A stretch of DNA of 64,000 nt from Heterodontus francisci (Eukaryota). The notes under the pieces are model-generated. The model searched no databases and was not told the DNA's origin. It saw nothing but the letters and a program-made list of their open reading frames with translations. The translations under genes and the position numbers were made by a program. Where the stretch lies: NCBI RefSeq assembly GCF_036365525.1, contig NC_090371.1, positions 62,871,654 through 62,935,653 of the forward strand. Direction: 5' to 3'. Position 1 is the stretch's first letter. Each line of letters begins with the position of its first letter. Below are positions 1 through 12,969 of the stretch, in pieces.

Positions 1-1007
1 TAATTCGAGCACTTCATGTTCCTACAATTCCCTTTTGATCTCATATCTAAATAAAACAGACAACTTCAGAACAACTCTGCACCTTACACTGCCGTAGGAA
101 TTAAATAAGCTTATCCACTCTCTGGGCTGAATTTTACCAGCCCCTTGACGGGTTGGGGCACAGGGGCCGATAAAATTCTGCGGGGAGTCTCTCACCTCGA
201 CCAGTGACATCAAGGAGGGCCCGCCACAAATTACCGATGGCAGGGGGACTTCGGTGTGGCCCCCACCGCCGCATGGCGGCGGCACCCCAATTAGAATATG
301 TTAAACGGTACTTACCTCTGCAGAATATGCAGCACGGCGCCTCTCCGCAGACTCTTCCTGATTTTACTTTGAACAGGTAGCCGTCACATTCACGATTAGA
401 AAAGCCGGTGGGTCATCGGAGGTTGTGAGACAGAAGGCAAGTTCTGTTTTCAGGGGTCCCACTCTGCATACTGGAAGGGAGGAGGGAGGGGGGGATACTC
501 AGGGGTGTCACTGCATTCTTAAAGGGGGGGGGCAGATTACAGGGGTCTCACGCTGCATTCTTAAAAGGGAAGAGGGAGGGGGTCTGGGATGACTGGAGGG
601 AAAGCTCTGCAGGCATGAAGGGAGGTACTCTGTACCCTCCCTCCGTAAACAGTGTACGTTCTGCATTTGTTTGTGGTTGTGAAGGAGCAATGGCACTCTA
701 GTTACCATGTGTGCGGGGAGGGTGCCAGACAGGGTAGGAGCATTAAGGTTATATGGATGGTGAGGGCAATTGATTCAGTTGGGAGGATCTTGATGGGGGT
801 CATGCTGTGCCACTGAGTGTTGGCCAAGATAGGCAATGCCATGGCATGCCACATAGTTGATCCAGGAAAGCAGCTCATGTACCCATCTACACCAATCCAT
901 GCCCTGTTAGGAACCTTTGAATACATGAAGGGTTCAAATTTATTTATCACGTGGAAATAGGTATGGCTCATCCTACATTGTATGAACCTCTGTTCGTCAG
1001 GATCCGT

Positions 1008-1975
1008 ATGCGCCAGATGCAAGATCAACAGGTAGGTGCGATCCACATAAAGGCTCCCGGTCGTGAGCAGCAGCCCCCAAGGGGAGCTCGCCATTACGAC
1101 TGCTGTTCATCTACAGGCGCCACGTGACATGCCATTGGATGTCAGAGCACCAGTGTCAGTGTCAGAGGCGATTGCGCATGTAGGGAGGGTGGTGACACGT
1201 CTCTGTACCCTGCTCAAAGATGACCTGCAGCCCATGGGCTTCGGTGGATATCCCATGCCGTTGTTCCTCATAGTGGCAGCGGTTCTCAAGCTTGACACCT
1301 CTGCAGCTTTTCAGGGGCCCACCAGAGACCTTTGTGGGGTCACACAGTCAGCAATGCACTGCTGCATCAGGGAGGTCACCAATAGCCTGCACCGGAGGGC
1401 CAGTATGTCCACTTCAGGACAGACTCTCACAGCCAGGCCCGGAGGGCCATCGGTTTCGGCAACATTACTGGAGAACCGTAGGTTGTAATGTTCATAGACT
1501 GCACTCATGTGGCCATCAGGCCTCCCACCAGGCTACCACCTGCAGATGTCACAATTAAAGGAATCTAAGTGATGCTGGTATGTGATCACCGAGATACTTC
1601 ATGCAAACGTGTGACTGCTTCTCAGGCAGCTGCCATGACACCTGGGTCTTGAGTCAGTCCCAGCTGCCAACACTGTTCACTGAACTGGCTCAGATGGAAG
1701 GATGACTTCTTGGCGAGAAGGGTTATCCTTTGCAGACATGGCTCCCGACACCACTGAGAGACTCCACCATTGCTGCAGAGGAGAGATACAACGCCAGCCA
1801 CTGAGCTACAAGAGCCACCATTGAGCAGGAGAACGGCATGCTGAAAAAGGCCAGCTCCTTTCTTTGCTGCTCTGCACAACTACGCACCCAGTAGGGGCCA
1901 GGCCTGGCATGATTAGGAGAGACGTCAACAGGATTCCTCCTCGGACGCTGAGGATCTACAACATGCAAGATGCGT
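1008..1975 (+). pseudogene. Harbinger (HARBI1-like) DDE transposase relic
   Basis: LCTLLKDDLQP...FQGPTRDLCGVTQSAMHCCIREVTNSLHRRA, then IDCTHVAIR, LVCDH, GSCHD-like and [11 protein letters not shown] segments across frameshifts. Confidence 0.85.
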
Positions 1976-2401
1976 GGGAGGGCAGATGGCACCCAGGCTC
2001 TGCACGCAGGGCTAGCAGTGAGCTCGGGATGTACGGCAGTGGCTTGTCAGACAAAGGCCGTCTGTTCCATAGGAACCATACAAAAGCTCTGCAAGCCACA
2101 CATCACCCTTGCTCACCTGCTGTGCACCAGTCCACATTTGCAGCATCCCTGTGTAAACCATGAGAGGCAGCAGCTGACTGAGCCAATGTCCATATCACTG
2201 CATCCGCGGAGATGCTCGTGAGTAATGGTGGCATGACAATGATGTTATTGTTTACGTTGGCTCTTCTGAAGGGCCAACGGTGTAAGTGGATGTGACATTG
2301 GTGCTACATGCTGGCACACATCATTCACACAGAGAAAAGGACACACATGTTGGTGAGTAACATTTAGTGAAAGATGTATTTACATCCACGCATTCCATTT
2401 G

Positions 2402-3027
2402 TTAGTGTGTTTTCTTTAAATGCTTGCGGGTGCCCCTCCTCGGTGCAACCTCTGCGCTAGCAGCCTGACTGGAGGAAGGCTGATCAGATTGCCATTCGGC
2501 TGTGGCTGACTTCGGCGGTCGTCCTCTGTGTGCACGAGGCCTGGAGGGCCTGGAGGGCTGGCTGGGAGGACCCTGCGTCATCACAGAACCCTGTTCAGCT
2601 GTTGTGGCCACAGGTGGAGGGGCCAGCATCCACATTGGAATGGCCTGGAGGGGAGACCCTAGATATGGTCCGCTGGCTCACCTCCCCGTCCAACTTCTCA
2701 TTCTTTGGCACAGCAGTGGCACACATATGTCACTCTGTGTGGGTGCACCCAGTTTCAAAGGAGCCCTGGTAGACATTGGTACTTACTCTCACACTTCTTC
2801 GCAGCTCATTCAGTTGTTTACGGCACTGCACCCAGTTGTGCCAGATGGCACCACGACTGCTCACCTCCTGAGCCACCTCCAGTCAGGCTGCCTTGGTCAG
2901 GCGAGAGGGCCACTTCCTGCCATCGCTGAGGAAGAGGACCTTCCACGTTGCGTGCACAGCCTGGAGGAGGGTGGTCAGGGAGGCATCACTGAACTGTGGT
3001 TCCACCCTGTAACGCTGCTCTCTCCAT
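2402..3027 (-). pseudogene. Harbinger Myb/SANT-like DNA-binding protein relic
   Basis: 3027-2787 reads (one frameshift) PQFSDASLTTLLQAVHATWKVLFLSDGRK...AA*LEVAQEVSSRGAIWHNWVQCRKQLNELRR, then donor GA|GTAAGT; the last-exon remnant ends ...RRGTRKHLKKTH* at 2402. Confidence 0.8.
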
Positions 3028-3639
3028 GACGTTGTATCCCTTTAATTTGCCACACTGTGTCCAGGAATCTTTTTTGATGCAGGCACAGCTGCTGTACTGG
3101 CAGCCCTATAATTAGGGTCCCAGAACATGAGTTGCAGCTGCGCCGGTATGCAGCACAGAGCCGGCAGTCCCATACCCCCACCCCGCCCACGTAATATCCG
3201 GGGGGGGGGGGGGGGGGGGCGGCACACGGCCTTGATGGAAATGAGCCCCCGCGATTAATATCGTGGGGGCCCGGCAGCAGCTGGTGAATGCAGCCCTCTA
3301 TGTAAGCCAGTGAAATTCAGTGAGGTAAAATTTCTAAAATGAATTTTAATGGATTTAGTTTTACCACAAAGAACAAGTGAGGCTTTGATTGTGAATTACA
3401 TCATGCGGTAAAATGACAAAGCTCTCTTTGGGCCTATCCTCGTTTTGCAAAATTCTTTGTCAGAAGGTGTTCCTTACTCACTTTCTCTGAAAATCTATTA
3501 TCAAGCACAGGATAGATAAATTGATTGAGCATACTTTTTACTATGATTGGCAAGCAGAGAGCAGGCCTCTGGCAAACATTAATGCTCATTTCACTCAAAC
3601 GCTAGCTCCTCCCTAAGATGGCTTGCACAGGACTTACGA

Positions 3640-6600
3640 GGCTACAATACTGGGATCTACCTGGCAATGTGGAAAATTGCCCATGTATGTCCTGTGCAGG
3701 AAAAGCAGGAAAAATCCAACCTGGTCAATTATCACCCTATCAGTCTACTCTCGATCATCAGCAAAGTGATGGAAGGGGTCGTCAACAGTGCTATCAAGTG
3801 GCACTTGCTTAGCAATAACCTGCTCACTGATGCTCAGTGCTGCTCCTGACCTCATTACAGCCTTGGTGCAAACATGGACAAAAGAACTGAACTCCAGAAG
3901 TGAAGTCAGAGTGACTGCCCTTGACATCAAGGCAGCATTTGACTGAGTATGGCATCAAGCAGCCCGAGCAAAACTGGAGTCAATGGGAATCAGGGGAAAA
4001 CGCTCTGCTGGTTGGAGTCATACCTAGCACAAAGGAAGATGGTTGTGGTTGTTGGAGGTCAATCATCTCAGTTGCAGGACATCACTGCAGGAGCTCCACA
4101 GGGTAGTGTCCTGAGCACAACCATCTTCAGCTGCTTCATCAACGACCTTCCCTCCATCATAAGGTCAGAAGTGGGGATGTTTGCACAATGTTTAGCACCA
4201 TTCACGACTCCTTAGATACTGAAGCAGCCCATGTCCATATGCAGCAAGAACTGGACATCATCCATACTTGGGCTGATAAGTGGCAAGTACCATTCGCACC
4301 ACATAAGTACCAGGCAATGACCATCTCCAACAAGAGAGAATCTAAGCATTGCCCCTTGACGCTCAATGGCATTACCATCGCTGAATCTGCCACAACATCT
4401 GGGGGTTACTACTGACCAGAAAACAAAACTGCACCAGCCACATAAATGCTGTGGCTACAACAGCAGGTCAGAGGCTGGGAATTCTGCAGCAGTAACTCAC
4501 ATCCTGTCTCCCCAAAGCCTGTTCACCATCTACAAGGCACAACTTGCCTGGATGGGTGCAGCTCCAACAACACTCAAGAAGTGCGACACCATCCAGGACA
4601 AAGAACCCGCTTGAATGGCACCCCATCCACCATCAACATTCACTCCCTCCATCTTTGATGCACAATGTGCACCATCAACAAGATGCACTGCAGCAACTCA
4701 CCAAGGCTCCTCCAACAGCACCTTCCGAACCCTCGACCTCTATCACCTAGAAGGACAAGGGCAGCAGATGCAAGGGAACACCACCACCTGCAAGTTCCCC
4801 TCCAAGCAACACACAATCCTGACTTGGAACTATATCATCGTTCCTTCACAGACGTTGGGTCAAAATATACAAACATACAAATTAGGAGCAGCAGTAGGAT
4901 ACTCAGCCCCTTGAGCCTGATCCGCTATTCAACAAGTTCATGGCTGAACTGCTTACTCCACATTCCCGCCTACTCCCGATAACCTTTCATCCCTTTGCTC
5001 ATCAAGAATCTATCTATCTCTGCCTTAAAAATATTCAAAGTCTCTGCTTTTGAGGAAGAGAGTTCCAAAGACTCAAGATCCTGAGAGAAAATTTCTCCTC
5101 ATCTGTGTCTTAAATGGGTGACCCCTTATTTTTAAACAGTGACCCCTAGTTCTAGATTCTCCTACAAGAGGAAACATGCTTTTCACGTCCACCCTGCCAA
5201 GACCCCTCAGAATCTTGTATGTTTCAATCGAGTCGCCTCTTATTCTTCTAAATTCCAGCGGATACAAGCCTAGCCTGTCCAATTTTTCATCAGAAGACAG
5301 CCTGCCCATTCCAGCTATTAGCCTAGTAAACCTTCTCTGAACTGCTTCCAATGCATTTACATCCTTCCTTAAATAAGGAGACCAATAATGTACACAGTTC
5401 TCCAGATGTGGTCTCACCAATGACCTGTACAGCTGAAGTATAACCTCCCCGATTTTGTATTCAATTCCCCTCGCAATAAACGATAACATTCTATTAGCTT
5501 TCCGAATTACGTGCTGTACCTGCATACTAACCTTTTGTGATTCATGGACTAGCCCACCCAGATCTCTCTGCATCTCAGAGCTCTGCAATCTCTCACCATC
5601 TAGATAACATGCTTCTGTTTTATTCCACCACCTGCAAGTTCCCCTCCAAGCCACACTCAATCCTGACTTGGAACTATATTGTCGTTCCTTCACTGACGCT
5701 GGGTCAAAATATATGCCAAAAAGGACAATTTCACATTTTTCCACATTATACTCCATTTGCCAGATCTTTGCCCATGCACTTAACCTATCTATATCCCTTT
5801 GTAGCCTCCTTATGTCCTCTTCACAACTTACTTTCTCACCGAGTCACTTTGTGTCATCAGCAAATTTAGCAACCATACTTTCAGACCCTTCATCTAAGTC
5901 ATTCATATAGATTGTAAAAAGTTAAGGCCCGAGCACAGATCCCTGTGGCACAGCACTCATTTCATCTTGCAATCAGAAAATGACCCATTTATGCCAACTC
6001 TGTTTCCTGTTAGCTGGCCAATCTTCTATCCATGCCAATATGTTACCCCCTGCACCATGAGCTTTTTTTTTTTGCAATAACCTTTGATGTGGCACCTCAT
6101 CAAATGCCTTCTGGAATTCTAAGTACAATAAATCAACTGGTTCACCTTCATCCACAGCACATGTAACTACCTCAAAGAACTCTAATAAATTGGTTAAACA
6201 TGATTTCCCTTTCACAAAACGATGTTGATTCTGACTTGAATTTTTCTAAGTGCCCTGCTATAACGTCTTTAATAATAGCTTCGAATAGCTTCCCTAAGAT
6301 AGATGTTAAGCTAACAGACCTGTAGTTTCCTGCTTTCTGTCTCCCTCCCTTTTTGAATAAAGGAGTTACATTTGCTATTTTCCAATCTAATGGAACCTTT
6401 CCTGAATCAAGGGAATTTTGGAAAATTAAGACCAACGCATCAAATATCTCACTAGCCACTTCTTTTAAGACCCTAGGATGAAGTCCATCAGGACTCGGGG
6501 ACTTGTCAGTCTGCAGCTTCAACAATTTGTTCAGTACCACTTCCCTGGTGATTGTAATTTTCTTGAGTTCCTCCCTCCTTTCCATTTTCTGACTTACAAC

Positions 6601-6810
6601 TAATTCTGGGCTGCTACTCATATCCTCTATTGTGAAGACCGATGCAAAATCCTGGAACTCCCTTCCTAATAGCACTGTTGGTGTACCTACAGCCCAAGGA
6701 CTGCAGCGGTTCAAGAAGGCAGCTCACCACCACCTTCTCAAGGGCAATTAGGGATGGGCAATAAATGCTGCCTAGCCAGCAACGCCTACATCCCCCGAAC
6801 AAACAAAAAG
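3640..6810 (+). mobile_element. CR1-Zenon-like LINE, 5'-truncated, split by the CR1 at 4867-6644
   Basis: RT fragments NYHPISLLSIISKVMEG, GAPQGSVLS.TIFSCFINDLP, KMHCSNSPRLL; 3' end caagggcaattagggatgggcaataaatgctg. Clade name is from recalled motifs. Confidence 0.8.
4867..6644 (-). mobile_element. CR1 LINE, 5'-truncated, nested in Zenon-like LINE
   Basis: [44 protein letters not shown]; tail ctcctaatttgtatgtttgta; CAAAAT present at both junctions. Confidence 0.92.
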
Positions 6811-8817
6811 GGGATGGAAACCGGGAGGTAACATTAGAGAGAGTAAAAGCAAGATGTACAAAGAATTGGGAGAGACAGACACCCTACAGTAAGAAATAGT
6901 AAGGCATTAAGCGGGGTCAGAGCAAGAGGAAATGCAATAAGATCTAAATTAGGTTTACTGTGCATGTATATAAACTCATGGAATCTGGTAAATAAGATGG
7001 GTGAACTGCAAGTGCAGACAGCCAAGTGGAAGTTTATGTTGCGCTAATAACATAGACCTGACTCAAAAAAGGGCAGGATTAGGTACTAAATATTCCTGAA
7101 TACAAGGTGTTCAAGGAAGGTAGGGAAGGAAAGAAAGGAGGAGGGGTAGCAGCATCGATAAAGGAGAATAATACAGTGCGGAAGAGAGGGGATGTCCTAG
7201 AGAGATCCAGGACAGAATTTATTTGGTTAGAGCTGAGAAACAATAGTGATACCGTTTCATTATTGGATGAATTCTATAGGCTCCCAAGTAGTGAGAAAGA
7301 TATAGAGGAACAAATCTACAAGGAAATTACAGAGAGCTGCAGAAACAAGAGTAGCTATAATGAGGTATTTTAATCATCTTAAAATAGACTGGGATAGTAA
7401 TGGTGTAAAACAGCAGGGGGGGGGGGCGGTGCGAGGAAAGAGTTTCTGAAGTGCATTCAGGAAAATTTTCCAGATCGGCATGTTTCTGGCCCAACAAGGA
7501 AGGGGACATTGCTGGATCTGGTTCTGGGGAATGGAGTGGGTTAAGTGGACTAAGTGTCAGTAGGGGAACATTTCAGAGAAAGCGATCAGAATACCATATG
7601 GTTTAGGCTAGCGATGGAAAAATAATTAATTGGAGCAAGAGCCATTTTCAATCGAACGAGAACAGATATGACCCAGGTAAACTGGAATCAAAGATTGGCA
7701 GGCAAAATTGTAACAAACAATAAGCTTCTTTTAAAGAGATGTTTTGGGTACAGTTGAGGTACATTCCCACCAGGGGGATAGGTAGGACAAACAAAGCCAG
7801 AGCTCCCAGAATGATGAAATAAAGAGTAAGATGAAGCAGGAAAAGAGGGTATATGACAGATGTCAGGTTGATAAAGCAAGTGAGAACCAGGCTGAATATA
7901 GAAAATTTAGAGGGGAAGTGAAAAAAGAAAAATGAGAAACAAAGTGACAATATGAGAACAGACATAAAAGAGAATCCAAAAGTCTTCTCAAGGCATATAA
8001 GCAGTAAAAAAGGCGGTAAAAGGAGGAGTGGGGCCAATTAGGGACCAAAAAGGAGACTTACATATGGAGGCAGAGGAAATAGCCGAGGTACTAAATTAGA
8101 ACTTTGCATCGTCTTTACCAAGGAAGAAGATGCTACCAAAGTCTTTGTGAAAGAGGAGGCAGTTGAGACACTGGACAGGCTAAAAATTGATAAATAGGCA
8201 GTATTAAAGAGGCTGCACGTACCTAAAAGTTAATAAGCCACCAAGACCGGATCAGATGCACCGAGGCTACTGAGGGAAGTAATGGTGGAAATTTTGGAGG
8301 CACTGGTCATAATGTTCCAATCCTGCTTAGATGCAGAAGTGGTGCCAGAAGACTGGGAGATTGCAAATAGTACACTCTTGTTCAAAAAAGGGTCTCAAGA
8401 TAAGTGCAGCAATACAAACCAGTCAGTTTAACCTTGGTGGTGGGAAAGCTTTTGGAAACGATAATCTGGAACAAAATTAACTGATACTTGGATAAATGTG
8501 GATTAATTAAGGAAAGCCAGAGATTTGTTAAAGGCAAGTCATGTTTAACTAATTTGATTGAGTTTTTGAGGAGGTAACAGAGGGCTGATGGGGTAATGTG
8601 GTTGATGTGGTGTATGTGGACTTCCAAAAGATGTTGATAAAGACCCACATAACAGGCTTTTCAGCAAAGTTAAAGCCCATGGAATAAAAGGGACAGTGGC
8701 AGCATGGATACAAAGTTGGCTGAGTGACATGAAACAAAGAGCAGTGGCGAACGGTTGTTTTACAGACTGGAGAAAGGTGTCTAGTGGGGCCCAGGGGTCT
8801 CCCCAGGGGTCACTACT

Positions 8818-10296
8818 AGAAACATAGAAAATAGGAGCAGGAGTAGGCCATTTGGCCCTTCGAGCCTGCTTCGCCATTCATTATGATCATGGCTGATCAT
8901 CCAACTCAGTAGCCTGGTCCGGCTTTTGCCCCATACCCTTTGATCCCTTTAGACCCAAGAAATATATTGAACTCCTTTTTGAAAACATTCAATGTTTTGG
9001 CCTCAACTGCTTTCTGTGGTAATGAATTCCACAGGCTCATCACTAACTGGATGAAGAAATTTCACATCTCAGTCCTGAACGGTTTACCCCGTATCCTTAG
9101 ACTATGACCCTTGGTTCTGGACTCTCCCATCGGGAACATCCTTCCTGCATCTACCCTGTCAAGTCCTGTTAGGATTTTATAGGTTTCTAGGAGATCCCCC
9201 CTCACTCTTCTGAACTCCAGCGAATATAATCCTAACCGACTCAATCTCTCCTCATACATCAGTCCCGCCATCCCAGGAATCAGTCTGGTAAACCTTCGCT
9301 GCACTGCCTCTATTGCAAGAACATCCTTCCTCAGATAAGGAGACCAAAACTGCAGGTGTGGCCTCACCAAGGCCCTGTATAATTGCAGCAAGACATCCCT
9401 GCTTCTGTACTCCAATCCTCTCGCTATGAAGGCCAACATACCATTTGCCTTTTATACCACCTGTTGCACCTGCATGCTTACCTTCAGCGACTGATGTACG
9501 AGAACACCCAGGTCTCGTGCATATTTCCCTCCCTCAGTTTATAGCCGTTCAGATATTAATCTGCCTTCCTGTTTTTGCTACCAAAGTGGATAACCTCACA
9601 TTTATCCACATTATACTGCATCTGCCATGCATTAGCCCACTCACTCAACTTGTCCAAATCACCCTAAAGCCTCTCTGCATCCTCTTCACAACTCACCCTC
9701 CCACCCAGTTTTGTGTCATCTACAAATTTGGAGATATTACATTTAGTTCCCTCATCTAAATCATTAATGTATATTGTGAATAGCTGGGGTCCCAGCACCG
9801 ATCCCTGCTGTACCCCACTAGTCACTGCCTGCAATTCGGAAAAAGACCCATTTATCCCTACTCTTTGTTTCCTGTCCGCCAACAAATTTTCTATCCATCG
9901 CAATACTACCCCCAATCCCATGCGCTTTAATTTTACATGCTAATCTCTTATGTGGGACTTTGTTGAAAGCCTTCTGAAAGTCCAAATAAACCACATCCAC
10001 TGGCTCCCCCTCATCAACTCTACTAGTTACATCCTTGAAGAATTCTAGTAGATTTGTCAAGCATGATTTCCCTCTCGTAAATCCATGCTGACTCTGCCCG
10101 ATTCTACCACTGTTCTCCAAGTGCTCTGCTATAAAATCTTTGATAATGGACTCTAGAATTTTCCACACTACTGACGTCAGGCTGACTGGTCTATAATTTC
10201 CTGCCTTCCCCCCCACCTCCCTTTTTAAATAGTGGGGTTACATTAGCTACCCTCCAATCTGTAGGAACTGTTCCAGAGTCTATAGAATCTTGGAAG
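8818..10296 (-). mobile_element. CR1 LINE, 5'-truncated, nested
   Basis: [42 protein letters not shown]; tail ttctatgtttct; ACTAG at both junctions. Confidence 0.92.
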
Positions 10297-10486
10297 ACTA
10301 GGACCACTGCTCTTCTTGATCCATATGAATGACCTAGACTTAGACACAATTTGAAAATGACACGAAACTTGGAAGTACTGTGAACTGTGTGGAGGATAGC
10401 GATTAACTACAAGAGGACATAGACAGGCTGGTGGAATGGGTGGACACATAGCAGATGAAATTTAATGCAGAGAAGTGTGAAGTCAT

Positions 10487-11450
10487 TAGTCCTAGGTCCA
10501 ACCATGTTCAGCAGCTTCATCAATAACCTTCCTTCCATTATAGTCAGGAATGGATGTTTGCTGATGATCGTGCAAAGTTCAGTACCATTTGCAACTCCTC
10601 AGATACTGAAGTAGTCCATGCCAATATGTAGCAAGATCTGGACAACATTCAAGCTCGTGCTGACAAGTGGCAAGTAACATTCGTGCCAAGCAAGTACTAA
10701 GCAATGACCATCTCCAACAAGAAAAAATCTAGTCATGTCCCCTTGACATGCAATGGCATTACCATCACTGAATTCCCACTATCAACATCCTGGGGGTCAC
10801 CATTGACCAGAAACTAAACTGGACCAGCCACATAAATACTGTGACTACAGAGGAGGTCAGAGGCTGGGAATTTTGTGGCAGGTAACTCACCTCCTGACTC
10901 CCCAAAGCCTGTCCACCATCTACAGGGCACAAGTCAGGAGTGTGATGGAATACTCGCCATGTGCCTGGATGAGCACAGCTCCAACAACATAAGAAACTCA
11001 ATACCATCCAGGACAAAGCAGCCCACTTGATTGACACCCCATCCACCAACTTAAACATTCACTCCATTCACCACTGACACACAATGGCAGCAGTGTGTAC
11101 TATGTACAAGATGCACTGCAGCAACTTACCAAGACCCCTTTGATAGCACCTTTCAAACCTGCAACCTCTACCACCTGGAAGGACAAGGGCAGCAGATGCA
11201 TGGGAACACCATCTGCAAGTTCTCCTCCTAGCCACACATCATCCTGATTTGGAACTATATCACTGTTCCTTCACTGTCGTGGGATCAAAATCCTGGAACT
11301 CCTTTCCTAACAGCACTGTAGGGGTACTTGCACCAGATGGACTGCAGTGGTTCAAGGTGGCTCACCACTACCTTCTCAAGGGCAATTAGGGATGGGCAAC
11401 AAATGCTGGTCTTGCAAGCAAATACCCACATTCCATGAAAGAAAAAAAAA
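10487..11450 (+). mobile_element. CR1-Zenon-like LINE 3' portion, nested in CR1
   Basis: Same sequence family as 3640-6810; ends ...cccacattccatgaaagaaaaaaaa. Confidence 0.85.
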
Positions 11451-12969
11451 ATTGGAAGAATGAGGGGAGGCAATATAAAAGGTACAATTCTCAAGGGGGT
11501 GCAGGAGCAGAGGGACATGAGGACATATGTGTACAAACCATTGAAGGTGGCAGGGCAGGCTGAGAAAGCGGTTAATAAAGCACACAGGTTCCTGGGCTTT
11601 ATAAATAGAGACATAGGAGCACAAAAGCAAAGAGGTTATGGTGAACTTTTATAAAACACTGGTTCTGCTTCAACTGGAGTAATTATATCCAATTCTGGGT
11701 ACCACACTTTGGGAAGCATGTGATGGCATTAGAGAGGATACAGAAAATATTTACAAGAATGGTTCCAGGTATAATTGTTCTCCTTAGAGAAGGTTTGATA
11801 GAGGTGTTCAAAAGCATGAGTAGAAAAGGAATAACTGTTACCATTGGCAGAAGGATCAAGAACCAGAGGACACTGATTTAAGATGAATGTCAAATGTCAA
11901 AAGAACCAAAGGCAACATGAGGAAAAGCTTTTTTAACGTAGCGACTGTTTGGGATCTGGAATGCATTGCCTGACAGTCTGGTGGAGGCAGATTGAATCGT
12001 GGCTTTCAAAAGGGTACTGGATAATTATCGGAAGAGAAAAATTTTTCACAACTATAGGGAAAAGGCTAGGGAGTGGGACTAAATGAGTTGCTCTTGCAGA
12101 GAGCCGGCATGGATATGATGGACCAAGTGGCTTCCTTCTGTGCTTTAACCACTCTGATTCTATTTTCACCTGGTCTGCCACATAACTTGTGTGATAGAGT
12201 TTTCCTAATTTCTGAGGCATCTTAAATTACCTGAGACATGCTAGATTCATAAATTGGTCATCTTCATATAATTCCAGTTTTTAGCCCAAGTAATAACTTG
12301 ACCCTTATCCAAAAGAATTATCACTTGCTGTACCATACAAAAATATGACAATGAAAAATGACAGGAGGTAGCTTCAAACACTTGACTGCTACTATGAACA
12401 CCATGCAGTGTTCTGACAGAGAGAACGCCAAGAAAAGGAACCAGGAGGTAAGTTGCTGTATTTTCTAAGGCACCTATCAGGTGGAGTGGTTTACAGAGAG
12501 CGTTCCAAAGAGCAAAGCTCCATCTTTAGCACCTTCCTCTTCTTCATTTCCATGTTCCCAGATACGTTGCCTGGATAATGTAATCACTGCTATTGTGTCT
12601 GCAGATCACAATTACTTTAAAGATTAATCTGCTCTAACGCAGGTTAGACAGACATCTCATGACCGCTGCTGAAACTGGCACAGGGAGTTATTAAAAGGAC
12701 AAAACGAACCTTGTACAACCTGTGATAAATCCATTCCAAAAGACTGGTTTTAGGTCCCATACAAGCATCACAGCATCCAGCTATCTCAGTTAGAATACAT
12801 TTCAATAAAACAGGCACAAAGGTGCTTGCTTTCTTTCGGAATACTCTGATACAGGAATGTGAAAGTCTGTTGTGGCTCTGCCATGGCCTCATAAATCCTG
12901 ACTTTAGATTTAGTGTCAGGTGACAAAGACACTACAAGCAGCAGCCAGATTTCTCAGAAGCAATTTTTG

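Larger units (their letters stand above)
124..3296 (+). mobile_element. PIF/Harbinger DNA transposon, decayed, both ends present
   Basis: Imperfect TIRs GGGCTGAATTTTACCAG (124-140) and CTGGTGAATGCAGCCC (3281-3296); 3-bp TCT on both flanks (121-123, 3297-3299); convergent transposase and Myb/SANT-like relics inside. Confidence 0.85.
6830..12165 (+). mobile_element. Old CR1 LINE spanning most of ORF2, with two nested insertions
   Basis: Endonuclease-start region about 6950, [17 protein letters not shown] region about 8530; resumes at 10297 and 11451; 3' UTR ends about 12165. Confidence 0.85.

Noticed and set aside
3199-3219. Long poly-G runs (also about 14733, 48908, 59187, 59551) as functional G-quadruplexes
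   Set aside because: They lie inside decayed TEs; slippage or sequencing homopolymer error is a simpler explanation.
12644-12892. Minus-strand ORF containing DACM, and nearby EMKK at about 12545, as candidate AMACR exon 5
   Set aside because: No surrounding similarity; the motifs are in the wrong order, and the EMKK frame hits a stop shortly afterwards.
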